Assembly: GCA_000091165.1 (NCBI GenBank)
Contig: FP565575.1
Coordinates: forward strand, 1,350,001 to 1,382,000
Reading direction: 5' to 3'
Length of the DNA stretch: 32,000 nt
Source of the DNA: Candidatus Methylomirabilis oxygeniifera
GTDB lineage: Bacteria > Methylomirabilota > Methylomirabilia > Methylomirabilales > Methylomirabilaceae
The notes beneath the pieces are model-generated. The model did no database searches and was not told where the DNA came from. It was given only the letters and a program-made list of their open reading frames with translations. This document shows, in pieces, positions 26,603 through 32,000 of this stretch; the first letter of the stretch is position 1; each line of letters opens with the position of its first letter. The position numbers and the translations under genes are program-made.

Positions 26603-28369
26603 ATGAGACGCGCAGGGGGCTGGACCGGGTGGAGACGGCGCTGTGTGATGTGGCTGCTCCCGGTTGGCGTTATTGTAGGATATGCTCCGCCAGCCTGGGC
26701 TCCGCCAGCCGAGGTGCAGTTTATCCACGCCCAGATCACGAGTACGGAAGACGAAACCTTCGCGCCCTCCCTCAGCGGTGACGGCACTCGGATCGCCTTT
26801 GTCTCCGTTTACGACCTGATCCCCGACAGCCCAGGCAACGCCGACGGCAACCATGAGATCTTCCTCTGGACCACGGGTGTGGGCTTCACCCAGATCACCG
26901 ACACCGCCGGAGGCGCCAGTTTTGAGCCCTCCCTCAGCGCCGACGGTACCAGCATCGCTTTTCGCTCCAACCGCGACTTGACCCCCAACGAGCCAGGCAA
27001 CGCCGACGGCAACTGGGAGATCTTCCTCTGGACCGAAGGCTCCGGCTTCACCCAGATCACCAACACTACCGGAGGCGACAACATCGTTGGAGGCAGCAAC
27101 TCCATGCCCTCCATCAATGCCAACGGTACCCGCATCGCTTTTCGTTCCAGCCGCAACCAGATCTCCGTCGGCTTCGAGGACATCAATCAGGAGATCTTCC
27201 TCTGGACTGAAGAATCGGGCCTCGTCCAGATCACCGACACCATAGGAAGCGCGAGCGACGCACCTTCCATCAACGCCGACGGTACCCGCATCGCCTTTCG
27301 TTCAACCTCCAATCTCATTTTCCCCGGCAGGCCGGGCAACGCCGACGGCAACTATGAGATCTTCCTCTGGACCGAAGGCTCTAGTTTCATACAGATTACC
27401 AACACCACCGGAGGCGCCAGTTTTGAGCCCTCCCTCAGCGCCGACGGCACCCGGATCGCCTTTGTCTCCAACCGCAACCTGACCCCCGACGGCAACCAGG
27501 ACGGTAATGAGGAGATCTTCCTCTGGACTACAGGTGTGGGCTTCACCCAGATCACCAATACCGCCGGAGGCATTAGCCTTGAGCCCTCCCTCAGCGCCGA
27601 CGGCACCCGGATCGCTTTTACTTCCTACAACGACCTGACCCCAGGCAGCCCAGGCAACGCCGACGGCAGTGAGGAGATCTTCCTCTCCACCCAGGCAGAT
27701 ACGACACCCGCTCTCTTCGCCTTCACGGACGCGATCGGCGTCCCGCTCAGCACCGTACAGATTTCCAACGCCATCACGGTTACCGGAATCAACGCCCCCG
27801 CCGCGATGTCCATTGTCGGCGGGGAGTATGAGGTGAACGGCTCCGGGATCTGGAGCAGCAGCCCAAATACGGTGAGTAACGGCAACACGGTTCGGGTCCG
27901 GCATACCTCCGCCGCCACACACGGCACCGCCGTCCACACCACCCTGATCATCGGCGGGGTGGCGGATATCTTCGCCTCAACCACCCTGGTCGGCCCCGCC
28001 GTCGGCCCGGACCTCACGGGGACCTGGGACTCGGTCGGTCAGAGCTGGAGCAAGGGCCGGTACACGCTCCGCGGTACCGTACGCGTCGTCAATCAGGGGA
28101 CCGCAACCGCATCCGCCTCCCGCCTGCGGATTTTCCTGTCCGACGATGCCGTCCTGGATCCTGGGGATGCGCTCCTGAAGGACTCAAAGATCAAGAAGCG
28201 CAAACCCGGGCAAGGGAAAACGAAGGAGCTCAAGGTCAAGCTGAGTGAGGGAGTAAGCGCCGCCGGCAAGTATCTGTTGGCCGTCGTCGACGCGCTCAAT
28301 CGCGTAGCCGAGACCAATGAGGCGAACAATACGCCGATGATCGGGCCAATTCCCTCACCGATCCCCTGA
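26603..28369 (+). CDS. Secreted beta-propeller (TolB/PD40-like) protein with CARDB-like C-terminal domain
   Basis: Signal-peptide-like N-terminus (RRRCVMWLLPVGVIVGYAPPAWA); six ~50-residue repeats; C-terminal PDLTGTWDSVGQSWSKGRYTLRGTVRVVNQGTATASASRLRIFLS...VAETNEANNT. Confidence 0.8.
   Translation: MRRAGGWTGWRRRCVMWLLPVGVIVGYAPPAWAPPAEVQFIHAQITSTEDETFAPSLSGDGTRIAFVSVYDLIPDSPGNADGNHEIFLWTTGVGFTQITDTAGGASFEPSLSADGTSIAFRSNRDLTPNEPGNADGNWEIFLWTEGSGFTQITNTTGGDNIVGGSNSMPSINANGTRIAFRSSRNQISVGFEDINQEIFLWTEESGLVQITDTIGSASDAPSINADGTRIAFRSTSNLIFPGRPGNADGNYEIFLWTEGSSFIQITNTTGGASFEPSLSADGTRIAFVSNRNLTPDGNQDGNEEIFLWTTGVGFTQITNTAGGISLEPSLSADGTRIAFTSYNDLTPGSPGNADGSEEIFLSTQADTTPALFAFTDAIGVPLSTVQISNAITVTGINAPAAMSIVGGEYEVNGSGIWSSSPNTVSNGNTVRVRHTSAATHGTAVHTTLIIGGVADIFASTTLVGPAVGPDLTGTWDSVGQSWSKGRYTLRGTVRVVNQGTATASASRLRIFLSDDAVLDPGDALLKDSKIKKRKPGQGKTKELKVKLSEGVSAAGKYLLAVVDALNRVAETNEANNTPMIGPIPSPIP
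26738..27697 (+). repeat. Six in-gene tandem repeats (~150-175 bp each)
   Basis: Protein unit T-T-GGASFEPSLSADGTRIAFxSNRxLTPxxPGNADGNxEIFLWTxGxGFTQI; gagatcttcctctggac and ggcttcacccagatcac recur at DNA level. Confidence 0.85.
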
Positions 28370-28655
28370 CCGGGCGCCGCGCGCGGACACGGTGTGCGGT
28401 AGGAGTCAGGGGTATTTGCGTAGGATTTGATCCCGCCGGCGGTCCTTCGGTTTCTACATCCTGCACATTCCACCATCGTCTGCTGCCCGGTCATGCTGCG
28501 CGAGTCCACTACGCGCCGGCCGACCCAGAGCGCAGCGTAATGACGCTCCCGTCGGGCTCGACAAGGCTATTGCCCATGACATGCCTTTCTGCTATCTTTG
28601 CCTGGTAAGGTTCGTCCGGCCTGGACGCGACAACGCATGTCTATCCAAGCGGGCA

Positions 28656-28698
28656 AGAACGGTGAGATTGCCGCGCTCCCTTTGTTCGCTCGCACGTG
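28656..28698. repeat. Partial (half) copy of the GTCATTGCGAG-family repeat
   Basis: agaacggtgagattgccgcgctccctttgttcgctcgca matches the right half of copy 1 (agaacggtgagattgccgcgctcctgttggtcgctcgca) and stops before the caatgac terminus. Confidence 0.8.
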
Positions 28699-28712
28699 AT
28701 CCGTGGGAAAAC

Positions 28713-29381
28713 ATGAAACGGCAACTGAAACTCGGCGTGCTGGCCTCCGGTCGAGGGAGCAACCTTGAGGCGATCATCGAAGCCGGTGAAGCCGGAACAG
28801 TTGACGCACTCGTCGTCATCGTCGTGAGCGACGTGGCGGATGCCCGCGCGTTGGAGCTGGCTCGAAGGCATAGGATCGAAGCCGTATTCGTTGATCCGCG
28901 CCTGTGCGCGACAAGCGAAGAGTTTGAGGCGGCGGTTATCGACCTGCTGCGCAAGTACGACGTCGAGTTGGTCTGCCTGGCCGGGTTCATGCGACTGTTG
29001 AGTCCCCATTTTATTCGGACGTATCGGAACAACATTATGAATATCCACCCTGCACTCCTTCCTGCCTTCCCAGGGCTGCACGCCCAGCGCCAAGCGATTC
29101 GGTACGGCGCGAAGATCTCCGGCTGTACGGTGCACTTTGTAGACGAGGGAGTCGACACCGGCCCCATCATCATCCAGGCCGTTGTCCCCGTGCTGGATGA
29201 GGACACCGAAGAGATCCTCTCCGCTCGCATTCTCACATGCGAACACCGGATCTATCCACGAGCGATCCAACTCTTTGCTGAAGGACGGCTGAAGATGCGT
29301 GATCGCCGGGTACTCTGCCATGAGGGAACGGACATCCCGCAGCAACATGAACAGCAGGTCTGGGGAGCAATAAATCCGTGA
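28713..29381 (+). CDS. purN: Phosphoribosylglycinamide formyltransferase
   Basis: LGVLASGRGSNLEAIIEA, VCLAGFMRLLSPHFI, NIHPALLPAFPG, GCTVHFVDEGVDTGPIIIQ. Start moved to the ATG at 28713. Confidence 0.94.
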   Translation: MKRQLKLGVLASGRGSNLEAIIEAGEAGTVDALVVIVVSDVADARALELARRHRIEAVFVDPRLCATSEEFEAAVIDLLRKYDVELVCLAGFMRLLSPHFIRTYRNNIMNIHPALLPAFPGLHAQRQAIRYGAKISGCTVHFVDEGVDTGPIIIQAVVPVLDEDTEEILSARILTCEHRIYPRAIQLFAEGRLKMRDRRVLCHEGTDIPQQHEQQVWGAINP

Positions 29382-30982
29382 CGATTTCGAACGAGCCTAC
29401 AGGCGATACAGGGTTGGTGCAGGTTCGGCGAGCCCTGATCAGCGTCTCTGATAAGACCGGGCTGGTTGAGCTGGCGTCGGCCTTACACAGTCTATCCATT
29501 CAGATCGTCTCTACCGGCGGGACGGCTGGCGCCCTGCGGGACGCCAACATTCCGGTCGTTGATGTGGCCGACATCACCGGCTTTCCTGAAATGCTGGACG
29601 GCCGGGTCAAGACACTCCACCCAAAGATTCATGCCGGAATCCTAGCCAGACGTTCGCTGCCTGAACATCAGCGCCGACTGAACGAACTCGGTATCCCACC
29701 CATCGATCTTGTGGTCGTCAACCTGTACCCCTTCGAGGCCACCGTTGCCAAAGCGAACGTTTCATTCGAAGAGGCGATCGAACAGATCGATATCGGTGGG
29801 CCAAGCCTCATCCGGGCTGCGGCAAAGAATTTCGAGGATGTGGCGGTCGTCGTTGATCCCGCCGATTACGCCGCAGCGACTGCAGAGTTGCAGCAAAAGC
29901 ACAGTGCACTCTCTCGGAGTTGTCGATTACATTTGGCAACAAAAGCATTCGCGCACGTGGCCCGTTACGATGCGTTGATCACCGCGTATCTGGAGCGACA
30001 ATCGGGTGGAGCAGGCCGACCCCTGCTCCCTGATGTACTCGATCTTCGTCTTGTCAGAGTGCAGCCACTCCGGTACGGTGAGAACCCGCACCAGCAGGCT
30101 GCCCTGTATGGCAACCTCCTTGCCGGCGAGCCGTCTGTGGTGCGGGCGAAGCAGCTTCAGGGGAAGGAACTGTCGTTTAATAATCTGCTGGACCTCGATG
30201 CGGCCTTTACGACGGCTGGAGGATTCGACGAGCCTGTCGCCGTCATTGTCAAACATTCGAATCCCTGCGGTGTCGGTATCGGTTCCCGGCTGAGCGAGGC
30301 GTATCGGCGCGCCCTGGCTGCGGATCCGACCTCGGCCTTCGGCGGAATCCTCAGCCTGAACCGCCAGGTGGATGCCGAGACTGCGCGCGAACTCGCCGCC
30401 ACCTTCGTGGAAGCGATTATTGCTCCAGGGTACCATGAAGCTGCGCTCGCCATTCTGAAGGACAAGAAAGCGCTTCGGCTTTTACAGATTGAGCCGTGGT
30501 CGGACCCAACGCCCTCCGATCAGGCGGTCCTGGAGCTGCGGCCGATCGTAGGTGGGATGTTGGCGCAGCAACGTGACCAGGTCGATCTCGACCCAGCCAC
30601 TCTCCGGATCATGACCCGCCGTCAGCCCACTGACACTGAAATGCGGGCGCTTCGGTTTGCCTGGAAGGTGGCGAAGCATGTGAAGTCAAACGCGATCGTC
30701 CTTTCGCGCGAGTATGCCACAGTAGGAATCGGCGCCGGGCAAATGAGCCGCGTTGACGCCTGTCGATTGGCCATCATGAAGGCCGTCTCATCCACGAAGG
30801 GAACGGTCCTCGCATCCGACGCTTTCTTTCCGTTTCGAGACGGAGTGGATGTGGCGGCGGAGGCCGGCGTCACCGCGATTATCCAACCTGGCGGCTCCAT
30901 CCGCGATGCTGAGGCCGTTCAAGCGGCGGATGAGGCCGGCATCGCGATGGTCTTCACCGGGATTCGACACTTCCGACACTAA
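29378..30982 (+). CDS. purH: Bifunctional AICAR transformylase / IMP cyclohydrolase
   Basis: RRALISVSDKTGLVELA, STGGTAGAL, DGRVKTLHPKIHAGIL, LRYGENPHQQAA, VKHSNPCGVG, SDAFFPFRDGVDVAAEAGV. GTG start overlaps the purN stop by 4 nt. Confidence 0.96.
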   Translation: MTISNEPTGDTGLVQVRRALISVSDKTGLVELASALHSLSIQIVSTGGTAGALRDANIPVVDVADITGFPEMLDGRVKTLHPKIHAGILARRSLPEHQRRLNELGIPPIDLVVVNLYPFEATVAKANVSFEEAIEQIDIGGPSLIRAAAKNFEDVAVVVDPADYAAATAELQQKHSALSRSCRLHLATKAFAHVARYDALITAYLERQSGGAGRPLLPDVLDLRLVRVQPLRYGENPHQQAALYGNLLAGEPSVVRAKQLQGKELSFNNLLDLDAAFTTAGGFDEPVAVIVKHSNPCGVGIGSRLSEAYRRALAADPTSAFGGILSLNRQVDAETARELAATFVEAIIAPGYHEAALAILKDKKALRLLQIEPWSDPTPSDQAVLELRPIVGGMLAQQRDQVDLDPATLRIMTRRQPTDTEMRALRFAWKVAKHVKSNAIVLSREYATVGIGAGQMSRVDACRLAIMKAVSSTKGTVLASDAFFPFRDGVDVAAEAGVTAIIQPGGSIRDAEAVQAADEAGIAMVFTGIRHFRH

Positions 30983-30984
30983 AT

Positions 30985-31067
30985 ACAGGGTTCAGGATAT
31001 AGGGTGTAGGGAAAAACTAAGGCTTTGCGTCTACCCTAGACCCTAAACCCAACACCCTATACTCTTA
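30985..31067. repeat. Telomere-like GGGTNTAGGG intergenic repeat with inverted right arm, second copy
   Basis: Left acagggttcaggatatagggtgtaggg; right taccctagaccctaaacccaacaccctatac. Right-arm reverse complement gggtttagggtctaggg resembles gggtctagggtttaggg at 3034-3050. Confidence 0.72.
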
Positions 31068-31076
31068 GGGGGGTGC

Positions 31077-32000
31077 ATGCAGATTCTTGTGATCGGCTCT
31101 GGCGGCCGGGAACACGCGCTCGTATGGAAGATCGCTCAGAGCTCGAAGGCTACGAAGATCTGGGCCGCGCCGGGAAACGCCGGGATGGGCAATGTGGCCG
31201 AGTGCGTCCGGATCAGCGCCTCCGACATCCGGCTCCTGGCCGACTTTGCCGAACGGGAACGGATCGATCTCACCGTTGTGGGGCCGGAGCTCCCGCTCAC
31301 CCTCGGTATTGTGGATGAATTCGAGCGCCGCGGCCTTCGCATCTTCGGACCGCGGAAAGATGCCGCCATCGTCGAGGGGAGCAAGGTCTTCGCCAAAAGT
31401 TTCATGAAGAAGCATCATATCCCTACCGGCTTTTTCCAGACATTCGACCGACCAGACGAGGCCAAGCGATATATTAAAGAGATCGGCGCCCCCCTGGTCG
31501 TGAAGGCCGATGGTCTGGCGGCAGGAAAGGGTGTCATCGTCTGCTTCGAGTTAGCCGAAGCCCTGGATGCGGTCGAGAAGATCATGGAAGAGCGCCTCTT
31601 CGGCGACGCCGGTGAGCGGATTGTCGTTGAGGAGTATCTGGAGGGAGAAGAGATTTCCTTCCACGCGTTGACTGATGGAGACGCCGTCTTGCCGCTGGCG
31701 TCGTCTCAGGATCATAAGCGCGTGTTCAATGATGATCAGGGTCCTAATACGGGCGGCATGGGCGCCTACTCTCCCGCACCGATCATCACCGAGTCGATGC
31801 AAAAGCAGATCATGGATCGGATTATGATCCCGGCTATCACAGGGATGGCGACCGAAGGGCGACCATATAAAGGTGTTCTGTATGCCGGTCTGATGATCAG
31901 TACGGGCGGGATCAAGGTACTCGAGTTTAACGCGAGACTCGGCGATCCCGAGGCACAGGCGCTGCTCCTGCGGATGAAATCCGACCTGATTCCGCTGCTG
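31077..32000 (+). CDS. purD: Phosphoribosylamine-glycine ligase, truncated by the right edge
   Basis: Manual translation from the ATG at 31077: MQILVIGSGGREHALVWKIAQSS...VVKADGLAAGKGVIV...NTGGMGAYSPAP...VLEFNARLGDPEAQALLLRM. Not in the ORF track because it has no stop in the window. Confidence 0.96.
   Translation, partial: MQILVIGSGGREHALVWKIAQSSKATKIWAAPGNAGMGNVAECVRISASDIRLLADFAERERIDLTVVGPELPLTLGIVDEFERRGLRIFGPRKDAAIVEGSKVFAKSFMKKHHIPTGFFQTFDRPDEAKRYIKEIGAPLVVKADGLAAGKGVIVCFELAEALDAVEKIMEERLFGDAGERIVVEEYLEGEEISFHALTDGDAVLPLASSQDHKRVFNDDQGPNTGGMGAYSPAPIITESMQKQIMDRIMIPAITGMATEGRPYKGVLYAGLMISTGGIKVLEFNARLGDPEAQALLLRMKSDLIPLL

Noticed and set aside
26342-26854. 170-aa minus-strand ORF upstream of the beta-propeller gene
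   Set aside because: Overlaps the signal peptide and first blades antisense and the intergenic leader; no convincing domain.
26738-27697. Considered the periodic repeats as a CRISPR or non-coding tandem array
   Set aside because: The period is ~150-175 bp and keeps one open frame with propeller motifs, so this is intragenic protein repetition.
28370-28655. Possible small gene between the propeller gene and purN
   Set aside because: Available ORFs lack recognisable motifs or a convincing ribosome-binding site. I treat this as intergenic.
1-32000. Search for tRNA, rRNA, transposase, phage, restriction-modification or toxin-antitoxin genes
   Set aside because: No credible match by eye on either strand. 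A tRNAscan-SE, Infernal and HMM search would be needed to exclude small RNAs rigorously.

Overview
This 32 kb window is dominated by conserved housekeeping and central-metabolism genes. I found no phage, transposase, CRISPR array, toxin-antitoxin pair or recognisable defence island. From left to right it contains: (1) a minus-strand lipoate / pyruvate dehydrogenase cluster (PHP hydrolase, lipA, pdhA, pdhB, pdhC, lpdA, and the 5' part of lipB running off the left edge, which the ORF track missed); (2) a minus-strand iscS, erpA/iscA-type, nuoB, nuoI, yjbQ-type, VIT1-type and fdhD run; (3) a UPF0104/LPG-synthase-TM-type membrane protein, a radical SAM/SPASM protein, an archaeal-type phosphoglycerate mutase and moeA; (4) a second minus-strand complex-I-like module (nuoG, nuoB, nuoI) abutting trxB; (5) a plus-strand CBS-pair gene broken by a frameshift, then korA/korB; (6) a motif-divergent thyX, a pentapeptide-repeat protein and a secreted six-repeat beta-propeller + CARDB-like protein; (7) purN, purH and a truncated purD, also missed by the track. 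The less ordinary content is three families of short intergenic repeats placed at gene boundaries: a ~90 bp GTCATTGCGAG palindrome with copies in opposite orientations plus a half copy, a telomere-like GGGTTTAGGGTCTAGGG element, and a TCAGCNN-type heptad repeat that supplies or adjoins stop codons. Other notable points are the nuoG/B/I-trxB arrangement, the CBS frameshift, and motif departures in ThyX and FdhD. I do not see a convincing new multi-gene system.
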